From Octopus bimaculoides (lineage: Eukaryota): a stretch of 64,000 nt of DNA. A program made the position numbers and the translations under genes. The stretch lies in NCBI RefSeq assembly GCF_001194135.2, contig NC_069005.1:33145553-33209552 (forward strand), in the 5' to 3' direction. The notes beneath the pieces were generated by a model. The model saw only the letters and a list, made by a program, of their open reading frames with translations. It did no database searches and was not told the DNA's origin. This document shows, piece by piece, positions 52,611 through 64,000 of the stretch; positions within the stretch are counted from its first letter, which is position 1; each line of letters opens with the position of its first letter.

Positions 52611-53626
52611 TATACATGCAGAGAAAGAGAGATGTACATACAAACACTCATACACCATATACACACAAACAAGTGTGTGTGTGTGTGTGTGTATAAAGAG
52701 AGAAAAGGTGAATACAGGTGTATAGTTTATAGAAACAATATTACTATAACTTGTCTGTTTTCCACTTGTCATTGTAGCTTTTCAAAATAAAAACAACCAC
52801 AGCAGAAGAAAATGTGTAAAATTTGCTGCAACAATCTAACACTGTATAGAATTACAGTGGTTACATGGAGGATAACACCTAGTTCTTTCTTTTTTTCCTT
52901 CTTGTTCCACCTCTGTCTTCCACTTATTTCTGTCAAGGAAAAATAAAAAAAAAATAGAAAGAAAGAAAGAACATATTCCTCTCCTAAAACTAACCTGATT
53001 TGTCTTCTTCTAACTGGAGAAATAGACTGACAGTAAATAGATGGTGGTGGTGGTGGTGGTGGAGGGATGGTTAACTTGAAGGAAGAATGGAGAGAGAGAG
53101 AGAGATTTAAGGATTCCTTATCACTAAACCAGCCTCCCTTGTTCCATGCCACCACCACCACCTGCCCACTGCTCTCCTTTTTATTGCTATTTTTCTTTTG
53201 GCATGACATCAAAGACCAGTTTTGTGTTACTGTAAGATCCATAGGAGGGAAATACAACTCTGGTCTTTGCAAACAGTGACCTTGCTGATTAAATGTTGAG
53301 CCAAGGAACTGCTGTTCTGCTATCGGTGGTGGCAGTGGTGAAGGCTGTGATGGTGATATGTGTGTGTGTGTGTGTGTATGTGTGTGTGTATGTGTGTGTG
53401 TGACACCTCCCCTATGCTAAAGCTGTCTATATTGAATCTGAAAATGTTATGAAACTAGAGCAATCGATATCAGCAGAATTGTATTATTTGTTATCATGTG
53501 ATATCTAATGCACCAGGGAGAGAGAAGGAAAGTGAGAAAGATGGATCTGTCTTTTGAGTCTTGTAATATTCTTCTTTCTCTCTCATCTCTCCCTCAACAC
53601 ACACACACTGTCACGCACACATACAT

Positions 53627-53684
<58 letters not shown>

Positions 53685-53797
53685 GCTTTGACTTTGTGTT
53701 TTTTTTTTGTCTTAGTAAGAATGGGGATGTGTTGTCCTGCAGCTGAATTTAGCTGAAAATGCCATTAAATGAAAGGTGTGATAATATTTATATCTAT

Positions 53798-53828
<31 letters not shown>

Positions 53829-53994
53829 ATACACACTCTCTCACACTGGCAGGTTTTATATCAATATGGTGTTATATAGGGTTTATATATCTCTGTGTAA
53901 ATATGTTGTCCAATTGTAAATGCTATTAATTGTCTGTGCATGTGTATACACACACACACACACACACACCCTTTTGTCTTCTCTTATCCCTTAC

Positions 53995-54810
53995 ACGCAT
54001 GGGTTAAATGGATCTTCTCCAACAAAATGTCTCGCCACTTGTTGCAGTCTCTTTTCATCTTCCCGAGGTTAAGTGTCCTGGGATCAGCCTTCCCCACTTC
54101 TTTACTCTTCCTCTTCCTCTTCTTCCATTTCGGTCACTTGGCATTTCTTCACCAAACCCTTATCCGTCATTATGCACATCATATGTCTCTACCAGTGCAG
54201 TCTTCTTTCTGCCTTGTGCATTGCAGTTAATTCCTCCTTCCCGCATTTTTGCCTTCAGCTTATACTATGTACTCTGTCACTCAAGCATGCTAAACATTAT
54301 GCATCCAGCAGATCATGTTCGCCTCATTTCTTTTCAGCTGCCACACAATCTCCATATTCGATGCCCAGGTTTCTTTGTAATGCAGTATAAACTTAATACA
54401 CATATAATACACAATCTGCCCTTTGCTTGAAGAAGGAAACCCTTTGTTACCAACTGAAATAGTTGCTCCCTGAACTTTTACTACAGCTCTTCGCTATTAT
54501 AGTTTGGCAACATCCACTTCCTAGGTCACCTAATATCAGCTACTTCTGTTGGTGAGCCATCAGGATATTTTTAAAATTTCACGAGCGCTCTTAGATATTA
54601 ACTACTCCTATGCATCTGCTACATGCAAAGTCCTTTTTCTTTATCAGTCAGCCTGTTGTGATCCCACTGAATCTTTTGCATACACAATAGAGAATTCTTC
54701 TTGGTCCTTTTCTCAATAACTAGCAGTAGATTTCTCTGGCCTTTCTTGCTAAGACTTAATTTTGCTAGGCTTATTTTTCGACCTCTTTGATCTAAGTGGT
54801 GGTCTTATTA
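53995..54810 (-). mobile_element. RTE-clade LINE 3' fragment (RT C-terminus), decayed
   Basis: KFREQLFQLVTKGFLLQAKGRL, ERRLHW*RHMMC..DKGLVKKCQ, KWRDILLEK match the RTE C-terminal pattern KFRELLP.L..KG.SL..KGRL / RRLRWYGHV.RM / WR...LEK. Confidence 0.85.
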
Positions 54811-54817
54811 TTAATAA

Positions 54818-54915
54818 GGTGAGGTGGCAGAAATGTTAGCAAAATGCTTAGTGGTATTTTGCTCATCGCTACTTTCTGAGTTCAAATTCCATCAAGGTCA
54901 ACTTTGCCTTTCATA
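54818..54915 (+). mobile_element. SINE family A, 3'-truncated copy
   Basis: ggtgaggtggcagaaatgttagc...gagttcaaattccatcaaggtcaactttgcctttcat. Confidence 0.8.
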
Positions 54916-55306
54916 GTTTTTGTGTACACACTCTCCCACAGCAATTAAGCCTCTTCCACCCTGGTCCCTCTTCATGTACAGCTGATTGATATCAGCTTTT
55001 GGATGGCGGGCGTCCTACATTGTCAACAGCTTTCTAGCTTTTCTGTCAAGTTTCTGTGTTGTTTTTGGTTTTTATCTATTTTTTCTGGCTTAGAGGCACA
55101 TACTAAGTCTCAGCCTGTTCCAGTGGACCATACTCACCAATCTCACTGCCCACAGTTTGAATATGCTTTGGTAAATTCTCTAAAGAACGGTCAGTACTTC
55201 TCTTCCTACCATCACTTTCCTTTCGAAATGAAACTTGAAAAAGTTGATGAGGGCCTGGCCATAAAGGAAGATGTCTTCCTTCAGTCCTTTCAATATTATT
55301 ATTATT

Positions 55307-55340
<34 letters not shown>

Positions 55341-57799
55341 TCCCAGACAGAATTCTATAGATTCTGCTAATTTAATAAAACTCTTTTCTAGCAGTTAAAA
55401 GAACACACAAAAGAGATATACTTACAAGGGAGGGNNNNNNNNNNNNNNNNNNNNNNNNNNNNNNNNNNNNNNNNNNNNNNNNNNNNNNNNNNNNNNNNNN
55501 ATTTCAAAAGATATTTTTCCTTGTTGTTGCTTTATTTGTTTGTTATAGTTGTTATGCTTTCTTCGACTCTGATCATAAGCAACAGAGGTTGGTGCCAATT
55601 ATTTGAAATAGGTAAATAAATTGGTAATAAAGAAATAATAAAAAATCTTGTTAAAGACTGATATAAAGTCATGTGCGTTTGTGTATATTTGTGTGTGTTT
55701 AATGTAGAATTAAGCATGGGATGTGAGTTAAACTTTTGAGAGCTGACTGTGAAATAATCTATAACATGTGGTGAGGAAGGTAGGGAGGTGGTCTCTGAAG
55801 AAAAGGGAGTGTCTCCAACACTTGTATTGATTATCACAGCTTTTCTCTTCTATTGAAATATAACTGTGTCTATTGCAATTAAATATCTATCTCCTCCATT
55901 TTAATTAATGATAAAGATTTCCAAGTTTAGTACAAAAGGTGGCATCATTTCTTTCGGTTCTTCATTAATACTTATTTTATTGACCTCATGAAAGATGATC
56001 TTAGTAGGATTTGAATTTCAGAATTCTAGCAGCCAACTTGTCTGACACTTACCACCCTGCTGGCAATTGCAAGGATTTCTGCCATTGGCACGATGTCACA
56101 GAAAGGTGGCGGAGGAGTATAGTCAATTGAATCAACTTCCAGTATATTACAAGTAGTTTTTTTTTTCTATCAATTCTGGAAAACAGACCCTTTCAAAATT
56201 TGAATGTAGAATGTAAATAGACAATTCTGCTCCCACATGTTGGATGGTGCTGCTGCTTTTCACACAAGCATCCTAGATTGTATTTAGAAAAAAAGAAAAA
56301 AAAAAAAAATTAAATGAGACATTCCATAAGGAGCGCAGCCACCCAAAGCCAGTCAAGAAACCTCACAGATCTAGGATTATTTTGACTATCATGGGCATAC
56401 ATCATCTTTTGCCTGTGTTTTTCTGGCTTAGGGGTGCATGCTAAGTCTAGGCCCATTTCCATGGGCTTCACTGCCCTTGAATATGCTTTTGATAAATTCT
56501 CTAAGGGACAGTACTTCCTTTTCTAGTATCACTTTCTTTTATTCCACCTGATTGGCATACGGTTTCCAACAGACATGTCTGTTGGGAACTGTATGACTTT
56601 TTTTAAAAGTAGGAACACGAAAGAAACTTTTGAAAAGTGGCAAAGAGAAGCTTCGAATTTGGTTTGAGTGCTTTTAAGCTTCCTTTGTAAATTCTGCTAG
56701 TTCCACCTTACACACTCATACAGAGTTCTTGTTCCACCCATCTACATATATATTGAAGTCTGAGCAACAGAAGCATCAATCTCCCTTTGTGCAAGTCTGC
56801 AAAGGTCATTGGGGGCTGCTGCCTTACCCTGTTTAAGAAAGAGAGAAACAGCAAAGCAGGCAGCATATTTTCTGTTAGTAAGAATGAAAACATCACCTTT
56901 AGTTGTATTGAGTCAAAGCTTCAGTCAGATGTAAATGCGATAATGTTTATAGTTGTAAACTGTATTTAATAGATGCTGATCTCTGGCCCCCTAAGTTACA
57001 ATGGTTAACAACTCCTTTCTAAAGACATCCACCTGTAATATAACAAGCAGGTAAACAGGTGAGTGGCAGTAGGTTAAGCTATATTGATTAGTTTCCCCCC
57101 TCCCAGTGTATTTACTGCTTTCAGCAGTACATTTGACATAAACACTTCTTTATAGGAAGTTTGGGTTTCTGCTAGTTATTGGACAAGTTGTATGTACTTT
57201 GTGTGTGCTGGAATGTACTTGTGTGAGTTTGTGTCAAAATATTTGTGCATGCAATGCACACACAAACTAATGCACCCACATACACACACTACTGAGTGTA
57301 GTTAGCTAATGTCAACCACACAAAACCTTTAAGTATGAAGAAATAATCCAGTTTACTGCCACAAAATTATGTTTGTATTTATGTAAGTGTATTTATATAT
57401 ATATATATGTACATGCACATACATTCATATGTATATATGTAATATTTTGTGAGTAATACATAAATTTAATATCTAGATACATGTGTGTGCATGTGTGTAA
57501 ATAATTATATTTAAAAAAAAGAAAAGGACAATATGAAAAAGCCAGCAATATGTTTCCATTAACTTCATTGGTTTATTTGCAGCATTATGGTGCCATTCTT
57601 GGGAATTTACAAAATAATCTCCTCAAAGACAGAACATTTGTCGAGCAGTTTTTATTTTAAGCTCTCTCAGCCAAATCAATAATATTTCCTGGCTTTCTTT
57701 ATTGGATTTCTTTTAACACGAAATTGAATGCAAAAGATTGCGTCCCTATCGGAATATCTGACAAAAGTTCTGCTGCTTAGCTGATTTATAAGATGTTGG

Positions 57800-58105
57800 C
57801 GTGGTGGTAGTGGTGGTGGTGGTTGTTGGTAGTGGTTGATGTTGTAGTCACTGTAGTGGTTATTGCTGTTGTTTGATGCTGTTGTTGGTGGTGGTGGTTG
57901 TTGTAATGTTGTTTGATGTTGTTGCTGTGGTGGTTGATGTTGTTGTGACGTTGTTTGATGTTGTGGTGGCTGTAATATTTGATGTTGTTGTGGTTGATAT
58001 TGTCGCTGTTGTGATGGTGGTTAATGTTGAAGTTTCTATCATTACTGAGGTGGTTGCTGTTGTAGTCGTTGCTAACGTTGGTGTGTTCGTTGTTGTGGTT
58101 GCCAC
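57800..58105. repeat. Low-complexity (GTT/GTG/GAT)n trinucleotide tract
   Basis: Directly visible; source of the poly-V/T/N/H ORFs. Confidence 0.9.
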
Positions 58106-59638
58106 AGTTGAAGGAGAAAGAGAAATGAAAATTTAGAGATTTTATATTATTTTTTTTTTTGACATGACTTAGTAAGAAGAGGAAGGAGAACATCCATGGA
58201 TCTTTGAGACTAAGTGAATTGGGAAACAGGCAGAAAGAGATGTAGATTCATGGGTGTATACTGTAGGAAGCAGTCTGTTTTGCTGTTTTGCTGCAGATGC
58301 TTGAAGCCAAATTGATTCTGTAAAAGATAGTCAGATTCCAGGTGGAGCGTATGAAAGTGAGCAATAGACTAAATTTATCGTCAAACAACAGGTACAGTCT
58401 TTTAGATGGGCTTCCTAACTGTTTCCATCTAGGTTTCAATCACAAAATTTGAGCCAACCTCCTGAAGCTATGGGAGAAGGTAATCATTTAAGGTGCTGCG
58501 CCTTAAGGAATTACTGGTATTGAATGCAGAATAACATAAAGCAAACATTCTTTATTACACTGCCATTCCACAAAGGAATGCTGGAGATTGGTAGAATGCA
58601 TTCTTTTCAACAATGGTCTTACAACTGGTGCCATGCAATCTGTAAGTTATTTATTGGATATGCCCTCCATGGTAGTGTACAAAGTATGGCAGTCTGCCAT
58701 ATGGTCTGATATGCAGTGAATGCTGGTGTGCTATGTATAAAGGTGTGTCGTGAATGCTGGTGTGCCAGAAATAGCAGTGTGCCATCAATGTGTCACAAGA
58801 ACTGACAGAACGTAACATGAAAAGCTGAACATATTTGAAGCTGATGTTGTGCAGGCAGGTGGTTGTTGTTTAATTCCCCTCCCCCACTGTAGTCAGCCCT
58901 TATCCAGTAAAACCTATCATCAAAGACATTCCAGTTGTGACCATCATGTCTTTTTGGGGGAGTATGTAGGACTACATCCTCACTTGAAGCATGGGTTGGT
59001 GGAGATTTGGCTGCTATCTCTAGCGAATCAAGTAACAACATAGAGACTCCCCTCATTGATTATAACCTTTCCTTGGCTTGTGGATGTGAGGCAGGTAACC
59101 GGGGATATGAATCGAGAAAATAACTGGGGCTGTTCTAAAGGAAATAAGGTTGTCATATAATGTTTTATTGGTCCTGCTGTCAACTGGTGAGTGTTTTTGA
59201 AGTTGATACAGGTGAGCAGCTGATTACACAAACACACACACACACAATCACACACATAGATATATGCAGAGAGAGGAGGAAGGTTGCCTGGGTAAGAGAT
59301 AGAAAGGGACATAGGCCAAGGGACATAGGCCAAGGGACAGATGGGTAAGTAAGATAGACAGAGAAGGGGATTGATCGACAGATAGGGTTTCTTTTTTTGT
59401 AAGTGCATAAGCTTGAGAAGAGTTTAAGAATAAATACATATCACGCACTCTATAGGATGATACATGATCAGATACTGTTTCTTCATTNNNNNNNNNNACA
59501 CTCCTCTTCACCACCACCACCACCTCCTCCTCTGCTGCTGCCGCCGCTGCTGTTTGTACCTGAATTCAATTGCTGGCAACAAAATATTCCACTCCCCTTG
59601 TTATCTTGATCTATTTAGTCTGTTTCAATCTTTATTAA

Positions 59639-59678
<40 letters not shown>

Positions 59679-60232
59679 ACACGCACACACACATATCTAG
59701 GCACGCACATTTCAAGATTGGCTGACGCGTGTGCACACAACATGCTGCTCTCACACGTGCAAAGTGTCGCACTTCTAACACACTTGTGCAGTGTTGTGCA
59801 CACGTACACACAGGGTGCATTATTGCTCCTAAAGCACATACCACATACGTACATGTGTCTACTTACTTACACACACACACACACACACACACACACGTAT
59901 GCATAGAAACAGAACCACATGTGTACACACACATGTATGCATACAAAAGACACACACGCACAACCACATGTTCACAGAGAAACATTCACACATACACAGT
60001 TGGCATAGCTTGTCACATGTTCATGTAAAAACAACACACACACATGCACACATGCACGCAGTCTTAAGGTAACTTGCTAGGTCGCACACACGTACACATA
60101 ACTGAACATTTATGCTATTAACACTCACACACACTCAGGGTTCCTTATGTTTATTAAATCTCACTGCTATGTACACAGGGTAGTTATGTCCACCCAGCCA
60201 TTCGCATAGTCACCCAGATTGATGTACAGCTG

Positions 60233-60275
<43 letters not shown>

Positions 60276-60498
60276 GTCACTGCACACAGACAAACATATT
60301 TTATATAAACACATCACAAAGTTGTCTAAATACACACCATCACATCCACACACATTCTTACATACACATATACTCTGCTGTCACATGCACAATACTGTCC
60401 TATATATATACACATGCACACACACATACACACTTGTACTTGGTGGTTGAAACAAGGGCTATGGCCCGAGTACTCTTTTCTTGACCTCATGCATGCAT

Positions 60499-60540
<42 letters not shown>

Positions 60541-60554
60541 AACAAGGGACCGTC

Positions 60555-60735
60555 TTCATAGTCATACGATATGCTAGAAATAGCAACCAAATCTTTCTCA
60601 ATTCATATGCTAACGTCTAAAATAAAGGAAGGACAACAGATAGTGACACACCCCTAAAAAGGATTCGACACAGCTAGAATCTCTTTGACCAGAGGCATAC
60701 TGGATCAGAGTCAACCTGGGGTCAAACAACACCAA
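60555..60735 (+). mobile_element. Family D repeat copy
   Basis: gctagaaatagcaaccaaatct...ctttgaccagagg...gtcaacctggggtcaaacaac. Confidence 0.7.
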
Positions 60736-61699
60736 TGTTAGAAGAGAGATCAGTGGTCATTTCTTTCTAGAAGTGACCACCACACATTTCACATTGTCAT
60801 CACTTCATTAGATCTCATTGTTTCTAATATCTCCATTTGTTCTCCTTTCATCAGACATTTTTGCTTCATACCTTCCCTCCCTCCTCCTCCTCCTCCTCCT
60901 CCTCCCTGTCATGCATTCCCCTCCCTCACTNNNNNNNNNNNNNNNNNNNNNNNNNNNNNNNNNNNNNNNNNNNNNNNNNNNNNNNNNNNNNNNNNNNNNN
61001 NNNNNNNNNNNNNNNNNNNNNNNNNNNNNNNNNNNNNNNNNNNNNNNNNNNNNNNNNNNNNNNNNNNNNNNNNNNNNNNNNNNNNNNNNNNNNNNNNNNN
61101 NNNNNNNNNNNNNNNNNNNNNNNNNNNNNNNNNNNNNNNNNNNNNNNNNNNNNNNNNNNNNNNNNNNNNNNNNNNNNNNNNNNNNNNNNNNNNNNNNNNN
61201 NNNNNNNNNNNNNNNNNNNNNNNNNNNNNNNNNTCCCTCTTTCTCTCAAATGTTTTTACTTTTCATTTATCCTTGATCCTCATTTTACATTCCACACACA
61301 CACACACTTGCAAGCAACCATGTGCACACACCACACACACACCACACACACACACACACACCACCACCACCACCACCACCACCACCGTTGCTTCGTTGTC
61401 ACAATGGTGATCGACCCTTCGTTTCTTCTGCTTTCTTCATTCTCATTTCTGTCATATTTTTCCTATCAGTCTTTTTATTCTTGCCTACAGTCTCTACTAC
61501 CATCAACACTTTCTAACCACCAGCTCCGCTGCCGTTCTTTCAGCTACGACCACCACCACCATCACCATCACCATCATCAACACTGTCATACTCATACAAA
61601 CGTTATCAGCATCATCATCATCCTCCTCCTCCTCATCAACACCCTCCTCCCCTTCTACGACCATCACCCTCATCATTATTGTAAGTATTGATCACTGTC

Positions 61700-62448
61700 A
61701 AGAGAGCAATGTCGTAGCTGTTGGCGATGGTGGAGACAGAGAGAGAGGCTACTGTTGGCCTTCTCCATGCATTCACTATACTCTCTCTCTCTCTCTCTTT
61801 TCCTCCTCCTTCACCCCCTACTCTCTCATGTAGACATACAATCTCATCACTTCTTTCTCTCCCTCCTTACATCTTGTACCCCTACTTATCCTCCCCCCCT
61901 ACACTTTCTTTTACATTTTCCCCCCATCCCCGCCTTTCACTTTTTGCTCTCCCCCCTCTCTCTGTCACCCCCCCGCCATCTCTCACCCCCTTCCTCCCTT
62001 ACTGCAACCTTTCACTGCCGTAACTCATTGATCATCTACATCTCCTTTCCCCCCTCTCCCTCTCTCTCTCTCTCTCTCTCCCTCTCTCCTTCCTACTCTC
62101 ATTCTACCTGCTTCTCTGTCCCTTTCACTCTCATCCCTCTCACCTCTCCCTCCTCACACCCCTACTCCTTTCCATTTCTCTTCTTCTCACCTTCTTCCTT
62201 ACTCCTTCTTAAAACTTCCATTTTCCTCTCTACTCCCACCCCTTACTACCTTCAAACCTTTCTCTTTTCTCTTCCTTTTTAATCCTCCTCCTCTCTCTTT
62301 TCTACTTCTCCTTTTTCCCTTATTCTCTTCCCTCTCTTTCCCACTTTTTCCTTTTCCCACTTACTCTCCTTTAATCCTACCCTCTTTCCATTCTCTCTCG
62401 TCCTCTCACCTCATCCCCGCCTCTGTATATCTCTCTTCCTATCACCAG

Positions 62449-62493
<45 letters not shown>

Positions 62494-62494
62494 A

Positions 62495-62562
<68 letters not shown>

Positions 62563-62570
62563 CATTATTA
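61700..62570. repeat. Polypyrimidine (CT-rich) low-complexity tract ending in (CTAT)n
   Basis: Directly visible. Confidence 0.9.
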
Positions 62571-63219
62571 TTATATTATATATTATCTAATCTACTCCAC
62601 TTTCATCTGCTTCTTTCAAATATTGCCATCTTTATAAATATTTCTCATTTCTGTCTTTTTTGACATTTCTCTTCATAGTTTCACTTCCACTCTGTGTGTG
62701 TGTGTGTGTGTGTCTCCTTACCTCCTACCACCTCACCTCATTACTATACCATCTCTCTCTATCTTTTAGTCTATTTTCTTTCACCTATTCTTATTTATCA
62801 CCCCCCCCCCCACCATCACTGTTCTTCCTCTAATGGTTACTTCTGTGCAATTCCTCACCAGTCCATACACACATGTGCACATATCCACCAGAACAAATAC
62901 ACCTGTACAGAAACACACACACACACACACACGCTGATCCATCAATTTATCCACAGAAACTCAAATACAGATCCAACTTTCATCCACACATATATACCAA
63001 TATAAAGACACCCCCCGCATCATACTCACACAGGGATTCATGACATTATCCTTTACATATTCATTCAGATTCTTCATCTTATCATTGTGTGTGTGTGTGT
63101 GTGTGTGTGTGGTGCACCTTTCACTGAGTTTTCACACTCAGGCATCCCTGAGTTAATTGTGAAATGGTTCTGATGAATTTGATTCGAGAGGTCGCTTTTG
63201 GTTTATCTTTGATAGATGG

Positions 63220-63730
63220 GATACTTGGGGTAGATTGGCAGAGGGGAAGAAGGAAAAAGCGTGTGCAACATCAGTTAGCTGGGGGTATTGGGGTAGATTA
63301 ATGGTGGGGAAACAAGGGAGATTTATATAACATTGGCTAACTGGGGTACTCAGGAAGATTGTTAGGGTGCCAAGAAGGTATATTTGTGAAACATTGGTGA
63401 GCTGGGATAAAGTGGTAGATTGAGGTAATGAAGGAGATTTGTGCAAGATTGGCTAGCTGGGGTGTCCATGGGTAGATTGGGTGGGGTGGGAAAAAGTAAG
63501 ATTTGTATAACATTGGTGAGTTGAGGAACTGGGGTAGATTGACAGAGTGGAAGAAGGGAGTCTGTTTTATATTGGCTAACTAGGGTACTACAGTTGATAA
63601 GGGCTGGGGTGGGGTAAGGTGGAAAATTTATGTAATATTGAGTAACTGGAGTACTCAGTGGGGTAGATTGGCAGGGGAAAAGGTTTGTAAAAATAACATT
63701 GGGTTAACCAAGGAAGTGGGGTAGATTCTT
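63220..63730. repeat. G-rich diverged minisatellite, ~60-bp unit, ~9 copies
   Basis: Recurring ggggtagattg ... gatttgtataacattggctagctgggg, with unit starts near 63227, 63290, 63354, 63412, 63471, 63531, 63660, 63718. Confidence 0.8.
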
Positions 63731-64000
63731 GTGAGGAAGGTTTTTGTAACATATGTCTTTCTACTTTACCTGCTTAATCCATTTCCCTTTCTCACCTTCA
63801 CTTTTTTCTTCTCTACATCACTTCCTTTTTCTCTCTTCCTCATCCTCTCTCTCTCTCTCTCTCTCTCTCTTCCCCTCACACCCCTTTCTTTATATAGATA
63901 TCTCTCACACTATTCCTCCACCTCTTACTCTTCCTCCTGTTGTTCTGCTTGGCTTGTTCCATTTTTCTACCATTAATCATCCATTTCCATTCTCTTCTCC

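Larger units (their letters stand above)
5514..61233. other. Assembly gaps (N-runs), approximately 5514-5787, 6451-6820, 11162-11404, 19528-19756, 31016-31242, 36782-36791, 39652-39661, 51148-51315, 55435-55500, 59488-59498, 60931-61233
   Basis: Runs of n, most abutting (CA)n/(TA)n or other simple repeats; small exons could be hidden in them. Confidence 0.95.

Noticed and set aside
57786-58193. Thr/Val/Asn/His-rich mucin-like ORFs (also 28120-28670, 34480-34732, 11139-11696)
   Set aside because: Low-complexity trinucleotide tracts open in several frames on both strands, with no supporting splice context or homology.
58240-58800. Non-repetitive GC-moderate stretch tested as exon or TE
   Set aside because: Stops in all frames after the apparent acceptor and no convincing protein motif on either strand.
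103-60532. HTHT/CVCV/YIYI/LSLS-rich ORFs
   Set aside because: Translations of (CA)n, (TA)n and (CT)n microsatellites.
61491-61680. Phase 2-to-0 open segment with good acceptor and GTAAGT donor as BLTP2 exon 4
   Set aside because: The peptide is a Thr/Ser/Ile low-complexity repeat with no resemblance to BLTP2.
5453-61691. Long ORFs in the track spanning N-runs (e.g. 5453-5895, 6324-7009, 11090-11696, 19462-19860, 30958-31346, 51022-51327, 60818-61691)
   Set aside because: Their length comes from X codons in assembly gaps; there is no real coding evidence.
63220-63730. CRISPR-like periodicity in the minisatellites (also 34940-35240, 43361-43440, 12575-12745)
   Set aside because: Units are diverged tandem copies without identical repeats separated by unique spacers; eukaryotic context, no cas genes.

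Overview
This is AT-rich, microsatellite-saturated eukaryotic genomic DNA from a gapped draft scaffold (11 N-runs). The interspersed repeats look like the abundant Octopus/cephalopod SINE and RTE families; that assignment is from recall, not a database search. The only host gene I can support is BLTP2/KIAA0100 (hobbit; bridge-like lipid transfer protein) on the + strand. It shows two small, phase-compatible coding exons (20020-20146 and 24260-24312) resembling the N-terminal exons 2-3 of the human protein. Exon 1 is not securely located and I found no exon 4 before the window end, implying a very long intron. The rest is mostly transposon debris: a decayed Tc1/mariner transposase, RTE LINE fragments, a HERO-like RLE non-LTR fragment, a CR1/L2-like endonuclease, a Gypsy integrase remnant, a Helitron deletion derivative, hAT/Tigger-like MITEs, four families of short interspersed repeats, and mini/microsatellites. 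Nearly all ORF-track ORFs are artefacts of microsatellites, N-gaps or low-complexity DNA. There is no evidence of CRISPR, rRNA, true tRNA genes or a prokaryotic system, and I cannot support a claim of a wholly new biological system. The best leads are a candidate poison exon in BLTP2, candidate antisense exon chains, and a branched (Y/T-shaped) hairpin at 5331-5462.
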